DNA of 64,000 bases, taken from the NCBI GenBank assembly GCA_964035575.1, contig OZ037837.1, forward strand, positions 558,001 through 622,000. The letters are read 5' to 3'. Every line of letters starts with the position of its first letter. The first letter of the stretch is position 1. Origin of the DNA: Rhynchopus sp. YZ270_cl-10. Lineage: Eukaryota. Below are positions 46,443-57,380 of this stretch, piece by piece. Below the pieces are notes generated by a model, which saw only the letters and a list, made by a program, of their open reading frames with translations, had not been told where the DNA came from and made no database searches. A program made the translations under genes and the position numbers.

Positions 46443-47657
46443 TCAGGGGTGAGCAGGACACCTTGGAGTCGTGTTGTCCCCACCGCACGACGCAGCTGTG
46501 TCTGGGCAGCACCAGAACTCGGTGTTGAAGAAGTGGCAACACTTCTCCGCAGTCTTGCACAGCCAGCTTGGTGCGTACTGTGTCCTGCAGCAGTGCTCCG
46601 TGGTCGTGTTGTACGGCTTAGGAGAGTCCTCTGTTCCGTCAGGCATACAGCACGCAAAGTCCTTCGGAATGCAGCCACAGTGTGCATCGCACTGGTGTGT
46701 GTCCATGTCGCACGTCTGGTGTTTCGGGTTGTCTGCCACAGGCGTGGAGTGGCAGCACGTATGGTTCCCTGCCGCAGGCATGCAGCCACACGCGTCGCCG
46801 CAGGTCTCGAGGCCACTCTTGCAAACAGTATTCTTGCAGCAGAATTCGTCGGCATCCCTGCACCCGCATGTGTCGCAGAGTTGCACCGCAGGGCAGAACG
46901 TGGCGGTCTTGTCGCAGCACACAGTACTGGTGTCGGCCTTCTTGTGGCAGCCACACTCTGTGCAGTCCTCCGTTGCCACGTCGCACTTTGCTTGTTTCTG
47001 GTTCTTGAACGCGGCTGCCGACGGCCATGGACAGCAGGCAGCACCCTCAGGCATGCAGCCACACGTTTCACTGCACTTCTTTGAGGCGCTGCAGTGCGAC
47101 AGTGTCTGGATGTTGCCAACCAAAGGGCTTCCGTGGACGTTCGGGCAGCAAACCTCGCTCGGTGTGTTCCCCATGCAGCCACACGCGGCGTCGCAGTGCT
47201 GTGCTGAGTTGTTGCACAGATCGATCTTATGCCATGCGCTGAGGTGTGTTGGGCTTGCGGCAGGGCCGGACGACTCACAGCAGGTCTCGTTGTGCGGCCA
47301 GAAGCAGGCGGGCATATCCTCTGGTGCAGCCTTAGCGATGCAGCACGCCTGGCCTGCCTGGCAGTTGCCTGGTGACGTCGCTGTGCAGGTCACGTACGGT
47401 GTCGGCAGACACCCGCCCTTGGTCGAATGCATGGCACAGTGTTGTGTAGTCTTGTTGCAGAGATCGTTCCTGGGTGGGTCGTCTGAAGGCTGTACGTGGC
47501 AGCACTGTTCCAGAGTGGTGTTGAAGCAGCGGTACCCACCTGCGAATGGGCCACCGTCACTGCAGCAGGAAAGGCCTTTCGCAGCACAGTCCTTCGTGTC
47601 GCCTGCTGTGCACTCCAAGAGACCCACCACAACAGCAGTGAGGACGCTTGCGAACAT
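46443..47657 (-). CDS. Secreted cysteine-rich (CC-repeat) protein, 404 aa
   Basis: Signal MFASVLTAVVVGLLECTAG; many CxxxCGCxxxxxxCC units. Confidence 0.85.
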   Translation of the reverse strand: MFASVLTAVVVGLLECTAGDTKDCAAKGLSCCSDGGPFAGGYRCFNTTLEQCCHVQPSDDPPRNDLCNKTTQHCAMHSTKGGCLPTPYVTCTATSPGNCQAGQACCIAKAAPEDMPACFWPHNETCCESSGPAASPTHLSAWHKIDLCNNSAQHCDAACGCMGNTPSEVCCPNVHGSPLVGNIQTLSHCSASKKCSETCGCMPEGAACCPWPSAAAFKNQKQAKCDVATEDCTECGCHKKADTSTVCCDKTATFCPAVQLCDTCGCRDADEFCCKNTVCKSGLETCGDACGCMPAAGNHTCCHSTPVADNPKHQTCDMDTHQCDAHCGCIPKDFACCMPDGTEDSPKPYNTTTEHCCRTQYAPSWLCKTAEKCCHFFNTEFWCCPDTAASCGGDNTTPRCPAHP

Positions 47658-47894
47658 CTTCAAGACCACAACAGAAAAGTGGAACAGAAAGGAATCTCTG
47701 TGGAATGGTGAGGTGGGGGAGGGAGTAGGGGCACAACGTAACTAGCCATGTCCATGACAGGTGATATCACAGGTGGCATTAGTAACATGAATATTACTCC
47801 GGTAGTGGGACTTCCTCCCATGCCTGCCAAGGGGGATGAAAGGGCGTGAAGCAAAAAGTCTTGACTATCCTAGAACACAAGGGTGAACAAAACA

Positions 47895-48527
47895 CTAGAG
47901 ACTATCCCTCCCCCCTCCCTTACTTACATAAAAAGTCGCTTCCATCTCCTCCTCCAGCACTGCCAGGACCGGCGGGGCGTACTGCTTCGCATTCGCAGAG
48001 CGTTGCGCTTCTCTGTCGCGCACTGTGCCTGCACCAGGAGCGGTTGCCTCCTGCATTTCGGTTACAAGCACGGGGAGCGCACCGTCAGATGCCCTCCCAC
48101 GCCTTCGCTCTACTCCGACGACCGCACCCCAGCACACACACACCAGGAGGTACTGTCCCTCGGGGAGGAGCACGAAATGAAGGATAAATGCTGTAGCCGC
48201 TTCTGAATGCATCTCAGGACGCCCTAAGGCGATCAGCACGAGAGGGAGAACCAGACCCAATGGGAGAATCACTGCCGCCCAGAGCACGTGCCCAGCAGAA
48301 CAACACCTCGCACGGCATGTGGCCCACCCTTGCGCAACGCACAGTGCACCCTGCGTGCACAGTCCCACCACGTTCAGTGCAAGCCCTGATATGGCCACGG
48401 CTGGCAGGCTCCCTCCCCACCACACCAGAGCGCACAACGACGTTACTGCCAGGCCGACACACACCGCAAAGTGAAGAATCAAAACACCAGGCGAAGCAAT
48501 GCGCAGAGAGGACGATGCTGGCTCCAT
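47895..48527 (-). CDS. Hypothetical multi-pass membrane protein, 210 aa
   Basis: About four hydrophobic segments followed by a charged tail. Confidence 0.65.
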   Translation of the reverse strand: MEPASSSLRIASPGVLILHFAVCVGLAVTSLCALVWWGGSLPAVAISGLALNVVGLCTQGALCVAQGWATCRARCCSAGHVLWAAVILPLGLVLPLVLIALGRPEMHSEAATAFILHFVLLPEGQYLLVCVCWGAVVGVERRRGRASDGALPVLVTEMQEATAPGAGTVRDREAQRSANAKQYAPPVLAVLEEEMEATFYVSKGGGRDSL

Positions 48528-48915
48528 TGTGAATGGGGTGAAGAGAGGGATCAATGGTCCATTGCTTCAATGTGTATTTCTATGGGGATGGGGATGTGGT
48601 GAAAATGTTATAAGAAGGGATGGATGCGATCAAACAACAACTAATAGAGAAGTGACGCATTTCACTACTTTATGAAAACTATGACAACGTCCCCGCACAC
48701 TTCATTTTTTTGTTATTTTTTTGCGCTTACCACACACCCATTCTCATCGATAGCAGATGGACACAAAGCGGAGGGGTAACTCATTTCTATAGAGATTTTA
48801 CCCTTTTTAAGTCACCCCCTCCAGCTGTGGTAGCCTTTCCTGCTCTGTTTCCTGCAGTGCTTGCGGGAGGAGTAGTCTGTGAGGGGGTGTGCGTCGTGCA
48901 TTCTTCGAGACCGCC

Positions 48916-49881
48916 TCACACTGCACGCACCGTGAGCCCTCTTTCGAGCCACCCCCAATGTCTCTGGGAGGGTGCGGGGAGGGGCACGCCATTCGCCGCA
49001 CGCTCTGTTTCTGCACGCACAGCGTCAAATGCCTCAATACTACCACTACGCGACGCAGCACGCCCTAAGGATTCCAACAGCCGCTGGTGTGAAGCGGAAC
49101 CGTCGCCGCTCTCACCTTGCTTTTCGAAGAAGATCTGCGACGCGAGGTCATACGAGCATGCAGTCCCTGCTGCATCAATCAGGGCGAGACGCACCTCTAC
49201 ACTCCACATCAGCGTGCCACCGTTTTGTCCACATATCCTCCAGAGACGTTCTACAGCAGCCGCAGAGGTTAACAACGCTGCGAGACGCACCACCGTTGCC
49301 ACATTGAGGATCACCCACCTTAGGTGAATCCATTCGAATACTACACCAAGGATGAGGCCTTCCGGGATGGACGCACCCTTTAAGGCAACGAGAAGGGCAT
49401 GGCAGGAAGCACTTTGCAGAACACAACGCTGCTCACTGAGGAAACACATGAGGGTGCTGAAGGCGTCGCCTTTAGGGATACGCTCTACGTGGCGGATGGC
49501 GTGCGCGATTGAGACAAAGACAGCATCAGGGACGGAAACGTCAATATCATGAGAAGCTTCTCGAACGAACGAAATAGACGCAGAAAAGCTTCTACAATCG
49601 ACCGCAAGAAAGCGTGCTATAATCGCAACACTGTGCGTGCTATGACGCCAGCCATATGCACTGCGTACTCGGTCCACCTCATCCAGCAACCTCAAGCCCT
49701 GATGTTGTCTGTCAGATTCAGACGCACACAGCACCCCAGAACGTCGTGCGCGGGACATAGTGTTGAGGAGATGGCGGCAGAACTCTGCGCCGTCTTCGTC
49801 GCACCCAGTATGAACGAAACGTATTGAGACGGAAACCCGCATGGGAGGTGGCATGCGCCTGAGAAGTGAGGATGGAAGCAT
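48916..49881 (-). CDS. Hypothetical helical-repeat, possibly degenerate PPR, protein
   Basis: SCHALLVALKGA and ALIDAAGTACSYDLASQIF resemble PPR helices; R/S/L-rich N-terminus. Product call is tentative. Confidence 0.6.
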   Translation of the reverse strand: MLPSSLLRRMPPPMRVSVSIRFVHTGCDEDGAEFCRHLLNTMSRARRSGVLCASESDRQHQGLRLLDEVDRVRSAYGWRHSTHSVAIIARFLAVDCRSFSASISFVREASHDIDVSVPDAVFVSIAHAIRHVERIPKGDAFSTLMCFLSEQRCVLQSASCHALLVALKGASIPEGLILGVVFEWIHLRWVILNVATVVRLAALLTSAAAVERLWRICGQNGGTLMWSVEVRLALIDAAGTACSYDLASQIFFEKQGESGDGSASHQRLLESLGRAASRSGSIEAFDAVRAETERAANGVPLPAPSQRHWGWLERGLTVRAV

Positions 49882-50101
49882 TGTGTCCACGAGGATGTGC
49901 ACCGCCTTTTGTGTTCACATCCGGAGGAGGGGAGAGGGCGGAGGGGAGGGGGGAAGTGTGCTGCAGGGGTGTAGGGGTGTGGTGGCTCTTCCGTTTGAGT
50001 AGGGAGAGCTTTGGGGTCCGGCTCTCTTAGTGATCTCGCCCGATCACCTATTCACAAAAATATTTCCCACCAAAAGTATTTGTCCTAATACAAAACCGTC
50101 T

Positions 50102-50614
50102 GGGGTGATCAGGGGTAGTATTCTGCTACGAAATTCGCAAAACCCGGAATGCGAATCGCAAAAAATCGCAATGCGATTTTTTGCGATTCGCGATTCGAAT
50201 TTTTCGCTTTTTTTTTTTTTGTTGTTCTGTAACCTCTCTCTATTTTACGGCAGGTGTGACCGGTTGAGGTGATACTTCCGGACTGAGGAAGGGCATTCTT
50301 TTACTTTTTTATTTTCTGTGTGTTTGTTTTCTTGTTGTAGTCTTTATTGGTGAAGGGGCTTGGCCGACGACACTGTGAACCTCTTTGGTTCATAGCTGTT
50401 AACGACGTCTGGTCCTACCTAGCTGTACACTCTAATTCTAAAAATAAAATAAAACCAATAGGCAAAGGGGAGGGGGGAGGCTAAAAGCCAAACAAAAGTA
50501 AAGAATAAAAAAGAAAAACTCAAGTGCTCTGGGACGGCGCCTGTTCCTGCTGTTTTTTTTCCGATTTTTCCTGGTTTGCGAATTTCGTATCAGAATACTA
50601 CCCCTGATCACCCC
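50102..50614. mobile_element. MITE with ~40 bp TIRs
   Basis: ggggtgatcaggggtagtattctgctacgaaattcgcaaa ... tttgcgaatttcgtatcagaatactacccctgatcacccc; TSD not evident. Confidence 0.8.
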
Positions 50615-50753
50615 ATAAACGACAAGATTAGTGGAGACCGTCTCTCTATTGTTTACCAACAGCAGGGTTTTGTATACGGTGTGTGGTGGAATGGCTGATA
50701 TATTTCCCCCTGCACGACGCATGGTTGGTCAGGAAGTCAACTGCAAAGGAAAA

Positions 50754-53408
50754 TTAACCCATTCCCATAATAACATCGCGATAATATTTTGCCGATCCCA
50801 AAGGTAGTTGAAGACCCTCCGAAGGCAACTCAGTACACATGTCTCCAACGAAGTCCTCAATATCAGCCCCTGCATCAATAAGCACCTCCACCACATCTGC
50901 ATGTTTTTCCTGCACAGCAACGTGCAACGCAGTGCAGTTCGTGCTCTCTTGGTGATTCAGGTCCACCTCCGGCAAGGCCACAAGATAGCGCACAGTATCG
51001 GTGTGTCCATGATGCGCTGCAAAGATAAGACACGTGTTTCTTTCGTCATCTGTGGCACGTACATCCGCACCTGCTTTGATCAACATCTTCACAGTTGTGA
51101 GTTCTCCAGAAATGCTAGCCACGAGCAAAGGCGAGCGTCCTTCATCATTCTTTGTCTCAATATCAGCTCCTGCATCAATAAGCACCTCCACCACATCTGC
51201 ATGTTTTTCCTGCACAGCAACGTGCAACGCAGTGCAGTTCGTGCTCTCTTGGTGATTCAGGTCCACCTCCGGCAAAGACACAAGATAGCGCACAGTATCG
51301 GTGTGTCCAAAATACGCTGCAAGGATAAGACACGTGTTTCTTTCGTCGTCTGTGGCACGTACATCCGCACCTGCTTTGACCAACTTCGTCACAGTTGTGA
51401 GTGCTCCTAAAAGGCTAGGCATGTGCAAAGGCGAGCCTCCTTCATCATTCTTTGTCTCAATGTCTGCCCCTGCATCAATGAGCACCTCCACCACATCTGC
51501 ATGTTTTACCTGCACAGCAACGTGCAACGCAGTGCAGTTCGTGCTGTCTTGGTGATTCAGGTCCACCTCCGGCAAGGCCACAAGATAGCGCACAGTATCG
51601 GTGTGTCCATGATGCGCTGCAAAGATAAGACACGTGTCTCTTTCGGCGTCTGTGGCACGCACATCCGCACCTGCTTTGATCAACATCTTCACAGTTGTGA
51701 GTTCTCCAGAAATGCTAGCCACGAGCAGAGGCGAGCGTCCTTCATCATTCTTTGTCTCAATATCAGCTCCTGCATCAATAAGCACCTCCACCACGTCTGC
51801 ATGTTTTTCCTGCACAGCAAAGTGCAACGCAGTGCAGTTCGTGCTCTCTTGGTGATTCAGGTCCACCTCCGGCAAGGTCACAAGATAGCGCACAGTATCG
51901 GTGTGTCCAAAATACGCTGCAAGGATAAGACACGTGTTTCTTTCGTCGTCTGTGGCACGTACATCCGCACCTGCTTTGACCAACATCTTCACAGTTGTGA
52001 GTTCTCCAGAAATGCTAGCCACGAGCAGAGGCGAGCGTACTTCATCATTTTTTGTCTCGATGTCTGCCCCTGCATTAATGAGCACCTCCACCACATCTGC
52101 ATGTTTTACCTGCACAGCAACGTGCAACGCAGTGCAGTTCGTGCTCTCTTGGTGATTCAGGTCCACCTCCGGCAAAGACACAAGATAGCGCACAGTATCG
52201 GTGTGTCCATGATGCGCTGCAAAGATAAGACACGTGTTTCTTTTGGCGTCTGTGGCACGTACATCCGCACCTGCTTCGACCAACATCTTCACAGTTGTGA
52301 GTTCTCCAGAAATGCTAGCCACGAGCAGAGGCGAGCGTACTTCATCATTCTTTGTCTCAATGTCAGCCCCTGCATCAATGAGCACCTCCACCACGTCTGC
52401 ATGCTTTTCCTGCACAGCAACGTGCAACGCAGTGCAGTTCGTGCTCTCTTGGTGATTCAGGTCCACCTCCGGCAAGCCCACAAGATAGCGCACAGTATCG
52501 GTGTGTCCAAAATCCGCTGCAAAGATAAGACACGTGTTTCTTTTGGCGTCTGTGGCACGTACATCCGCACCTGCTTTGACCAACTTCGTCACAGTTGTGA
52601 GTGCTCCTAAAAGGCTAGCCATGTGCAAAGGCGAGCCTCCTTCATCATTCTTTGTCTCAATGTCAGCCCCTGCATCAATAAGCACCTCCACCACGTCTGC
52701 ATGTTTTTCCTGCACAGCAAAGTGCAACGCAGTGCAGTTGTTGCTGTCTTGGTGATTCAGGTCCACCTCCGGCAAGCCCACAAGATAGCGCACAGTATCG
52801 ATGTGTCCAAAATACGCTGCAAAGATAAGACACGTGGCTCTTTTGGCGTCTGTGGCACGTACATCCGCACCTGCTTTGACCAACATCTTCACAGTTGTGA
52901 GTGCTCCTGAACGGCTAGCCAATTGCAAAGGCGAACGCCCGTTGTCGTTCTTTGTCTCAGTGTCTGCCCCTGCACCGATGAATACCTGACACACTGCAGG
53001 GTCCTCCCACATGGCTGGACATAGGTGCGACGTCTGACCTGCACTGTCCTCGGAGCCGTGTGGGACAAACGCAACGTTACTGCAGACTGACTTCCAATGC
53101 TGCAAGAGGACCTCCGTGCACGCAGCGTGGTCTGCGTGGACACACTCACTCAGCAAGATGCCAAACCCCAACTGCGTTGTCTCAACATACGGAAGAAGCA
53201 ATGTCAGGCATTCATCGTGGTTCCCTCTGCATGCCTCGTGCACAGCATCAAAGGTAACTGTTTTGCTGTCTGGGGAGAGCTTCTCGAGTGCTGCCCGCAC
53301 GGCAGCGGTGTCGCCGTTCTTGACAGCCTCCAGCAGGTCCTTGTCAGAAAGCTTTCTTCTTTTTGGTGGGTTCTGGTTTGGTGTGCTGTCTGCGTGCCGC
53401 TTCGACAT
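50754..53408 (-). CDS. Ankyrin-repeat protein with seven 100-aa (three-ANK, 300 bp) super-repeats and an N-terminal NLS-like motif, 884 aa
   Basis: SPLxxAS / TCLIxAAxxGH / TALHxAV triplets with an exact 300 nt period; PPKRRK. Confidence 0.92.
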   Translation of the reverse strand: MSKRHADSTPNQNPPKRRKLSDKDLLEAVKNGDTAAVRAALEKLSPDSKTVTFDAVHEACRGNHDECLTLLLPYVETTQLGFGILLSECVHADHAACTEVLLQHWKSVCSNVAFVPHGSEDSAGQTSHLCPAMWEDPAVCQVFIGAGADTETKNDNGRSPLQLASRSGALTTVKMLVKAGADVRATDAKRATCLIFAAYFGHIDTVRYLVGLPEVDLNHQDSNNCTALHFAVQEKHADVVEVLIDAGADIETKNDEGGSPLHMASLLGALTTVTKLVKAGADVRATDAKRNTCLIFAADFGHTDTVRYLVGLPEVDLNHQESTNCTALHVAVQEKHADVVEVLIDAGADIETKNDEVRSPLLVASISGELTTVKMLVEAGADVRATDAKRNTCLIFAAHHGHTDTVRYLVSLPEVDLNHQESTNCTALHVAVQVKHADVVEVLINAGADIETKNDEVRSPLLVASISGELTTVKMLVKAGADVRATDDERNTCLILAAYFGHTDTVRYLVTLPEVDLNHQESTNCTALHFAVQEKHADVVEVLIDAGADIETKNDEGRSPLLVASISGELTTVKMLIKAGADVRATDAERDTCLIFAAHHGHTDTVRYLVALPEVDLNHQDSTNCTALHVAVQVKHADVVEVLIDAGADIETKNDEGGSPLHMPSLLGALTTVTKLVKAGADVRATDDERNTCLILAAYFGHTDTVRYLVSLPEVDLNHQESTNCTALHVAVQEKHADVVEVLIDAGADIETKNDEGRSPLLVASISGELTTVKMLIKAGADVRATDDERNTCLIFAAHHGHTDTVRYLVALPEVDLNHQESTNCTALHVAVQEKHADVVEVLIDAGADIEDFVGDMCTELPSEGLQLPLGSAKYYRDVIMGMG

Positions 53409-55100
53409 GGTGCTGTGTGTATTGCTGTGAGGTTGATGATGCTTTGTGTAAAATGCGAGGTTGCGGGGATGGAGGGAAGGATCTACAAAAGAAGCTCACC
53501 CAGGGTGCAACACACCCAAAGCTATGTACAGTACTCCTACCAGGGCCTGTCCTTGTGTAACGTTCTGTGTCTAATAATGCACTAACACACAGGGTGTGCT
53601 CAAAAGACTCAAGACGAAGGATCTTCACCCTTCAATAAACTGCGCACACTTTGTTAATTTCACATTATTTCTTGCTCTCTAAGTCTCGAATACTACCAGC
53701 ATCACCTTCTGCTACCAGAACAACATGTGGCATCCGTTCTAACACCTCGCACCCAAACACCCGGAGGCATGGCACCAAACCTGAAAGCACTTGTCGCCCT
53801 TGGCAGTACAGTGTTACCCTGCCCCTTTCGCACCACGTTGTTCACAAAAGCTGTCGAACAGACATAGCACCTCCATCTCTCCGAAGGTGAGCTTGCGACC
53901 CGATCATCATGGAAGGGCTCTCTGCTGTGCGAAAGGGTTCGTTGCGGTCATGCGACACCCAGCCGCAGATGGCTGAGATGCCGCCTTTCCCCGAGAGTTT
54001 GGCGGTGTTCTGTCCCCTAAAGAACACCGCCCTCAGGAGGCACATCAACATACAGCTCCCTCCCGACTGCCCCCCTCTCTGTGTCACGACGTGGGTTGTG
54101 GGAAAAGCGGAACATTCTGCAAACCAAATATAAAGAAACATAAGCAAAATGATGGCTATCCTGACAATTTTCCCGGTGGGCGAGGGAGAAGGTGGATATG
54201 GGATGAAAAAAGGGGTGCGTTTTTAAACTTTTTTTTTTCACTCAGATAGCCACGTGCCGCTGAAGGCGATCGCATGCTAATACAGAACGTACGTATGTAC
54301 GGGTTGCTGGTTGGCTAAGGGATAAAAAATGTCGCCATTCTTAAAGGCATGTATGTGGCTCGCAGGAACTAAAGGGTTAAAAATTCAAAAAAAAAGTGCT
54401 CAGACAATCACAGAAGTGTCCAAACCCCCTCTTTTGTAGATAAGTGGCAACGATGAAACAAAGAAAAAACAGAAAAAAGAAAACTCTTTATAAACAGTGA
54501 AAAACATAAAGAGGGCCCGTACAGCAAAAAAGTTACGGAAAAACCAGTTCGTAGCACACTACTGGCAGAGCACTCATCCTACAGGGAGGGAGTTTTATTT
54601 TTCCTTCCTTCAAAACTTCACACACAACGCTTTTTGGTTTTTGGAAGACACACAAGGTGCCGGGTTCTATGATAAGCACGGAACCACCCTGCACCTGTTT
54701 GTCATATATATTGTTTCCCGTGCAATACATGGGGAAACGTTTCGCGTCGAAACTAGGGAAACAATGACAACACAGGTAACAGGGGTTTTTAAATTTGAGA
54801 CGTTTGCATAAACTACTGATATATGACCAAAGACAAGAGAAACGTAAGAAGAGCAGCACGCCGGTTGGCTGTGTACTGACAGAGCTAAAAGAGGCATGTA
54901 TTCATGCTCCCAAGGGAGGTATCAGAGAAACGTCATAAGAAACACCACATCGAGGTGGCAAAAATATCGTAAGACAAAGACACATGACCGCATTCAGTGC
55001 CGACCACAAGATCACTTCCCAGGACGGGCCAGATCAACATTAAATCTTACGTCAAGCACTACAGGTACAAAATCATGTGTCTACAGGCAGCAGAAGAGAT

Positions 55101-56605
55101 ACCCATGCGAGAAGCCACAAGAACTCTAACCCTGGAATCACCCGGGATCATCAAGAACTCAGCTCAAGCAGGGATACCCAGTATACACTCATCCGCATGC
55201 ATGTAACAGGAAAGTAGGACAGAGCAAATAGACACAAAAAACATCCGAGCGTAAATACACAGTAATGCAGGCGACCACAGAGCTCTACCCCTGGAGAGAC
55301 AAGCCCATATGGAGCTCAGTCTCCTATCACCCGGGATCAACAAGCCTACAAGTGGCATCGAGAACTCTAGCCCTGGAAAGACGAGCCCATACGGCACTCC
55401 GTCTCTTTATCACCCGGGATCAACAAGATCTCTACGCAAGCAGAACCAACCCATGCGAGAAGCCACAAGAACTCTACCCCTGGAATCACCCGGGATCCTC
55501 AAGAACTCTGCTCAAGCAGGGTTACCCAGTATACACTCATCCGCATTCATGTAACAGGAAAGAAAAGAGATAAGCAAGTAGACACAAAACACATCCGAGC
55601 GTAAATACACAGTAATGCAGGCGACCACAGAGCTCTACCCCTGGAGAGACAAGCCCATATGGAGCTCAGTCTCCTATCACCCGGGATCAACAAGCCTACA
55701 AGTGGCATCGAGAACTCTAGCCCTGGAAAGACGAGCCCATACGGCACTCCGTCTCTTTATCACCCGGGATCAACAAGATCTCTACGCAAGCAGAACCAAC
55801 CCATGCGAGAAGCCACAAGAACTCTACCCCTGGAATCACCCGGGATCCTCAAGAACTCTGCTCAAGCAGGGTTACCCAGTATACACTCATCCGCATTCAT
55901 GTAACAGGAAAGTAAGACAGAGCAAATGGACACAAGAAACATCCGAGCATAAATACACAGTAATGCAGGCGACCACAGAGCTCTACCCCTGGAGAGACAA
56001 GCCCATATGGAGCTCAGTCTCCTATCACCCGGGATCAACAAGCCTACAAGTGGCATCGAGAACTCTAGCCCTGGAAAGACGAGCCCATACGGCACTCAGT
56101 CTCTTTATCACCCGGGATCAACAAGATCTCTACGCAAGCAGAACCAACCCATGCGAGAAGCCACAAGAACTCTAGCCCTGGAATCACCCGGGATCCTCAA
56201 GAACTCTGCTCAGGCAGGGTTACCCAGTATACACTCGTCCGAATACATGTACCAGGAAAGAAAAGAGATACGCGAATAGACACAAAAAAACATCCGAGCA
56301 TAAATACACAGTAATGCAGGCGACCACAGAGCTCTACCCCTGGAGAGACAAGCCCATATGGAGCTCAGTCTCCTATCACCCGGGATCAACAAGCCTACAA
56401 GTGGCATCGAGAACTCTAGCCCTGGAAAGACGAGCCCCTACGGCACTCCGTCTCTTTATCACCCGGGATCAACAAGATCTCTACGCAAGCAGAACCAACC
56501 CATGCGAGAAGCCACAAGAACTCTAACCCTGGAATCACCCGGGATCATCAAGAACTCAGCTCAAGCAGGGTTACCCAGTATTAGCTCATCCGCTTTCGTG
56601 CAACA
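55101..56605. repeat. ~4.3 tandem units of 348-351 bp inside the retroelement, each with three related sub-motifs
   Basis: acccatgcgagaagccacaagaactct at 55101, 55449, 55799, 56147 and 56498. Confidence 0.92.
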
Positions 56606-57380
56606 GGAAGAAACAAAACAGTGTGCCAGTAGCAACAGAGAGAAACACCATGTAAAACATGCACGCAAGGGAAAACAGACAATGCGCGAGCAGCACAGAG
56701 AAAGAGCTAAACAAGCAATCAAGCCAATAAGGCACAACTTTATGAAGAAAAAGCAGGGAGTGGAGGGAGGGAAAGCTTTTTGATAAAAGTTAATGAAACA
56801 CAAAAACCAAGCGCGTGTGGAAGAAAAAAGAAAAGAAAATATTTTTTCTGATTCAAAGTGGTGTTTACGTTTTGGGTACGGGGCGGAGAATAAAATCTGT
56901 TCGATAAAAGAAACGCAAGCTTTTTTGTTTTATCTTGTTCATTTTATTTTTCCTTCCTTCAAAACTTCACACACAACGCTTTTTGGTTTTTGGAAGACAC
57001 ACAAGGTGCCGGGTTCTATGATAAGCACGGAACCACCCTGCACCTGTTTGTCATATATATTGTTTCCCGTGCAATACATGGGGAAACGTTTCGCGTCGAA
57101 ACTAGGGACATAAACAACTACCCCCCCCTCATTTTCACCCATCTCCGTAGCCCCAGTGACCACAGGCGGGACACCAGCATAGGCAAGGGATGGACGATAC
57201 GCGCGACAGACGCAAAAAGAAGAAAACAACAACAACAACAAGAAAAAACACCCGAGAGATGAGAGACCGCCAGGGCTATCTCACCTGCCACAGAGTGCCG
57301 TCAATAAAATCAAAAAACACAAGTAAAAGCAATAAAAACGCAGACATCACAACATCAAAAACTCACACGCAAGCACCGGC

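Noticed and set aside
46471..47745. 424 aa + strand ORF and 397 aa alternative-frame ORF
   Set aside because: Shadows of the Cys-rich gene; no independent protein features
50808..52610. Long + strand ORFs over the ankyrin genes (also 62418..63527)
   Set aside because: Antisense shadows propagated by the 300 bp repeat
55101..56605. CRISPR-like array
   Set aside because: The intervening sequences repeat with the ~350 bp period instead of being unique spacers; no cas genes; eukaryotic retroelement context
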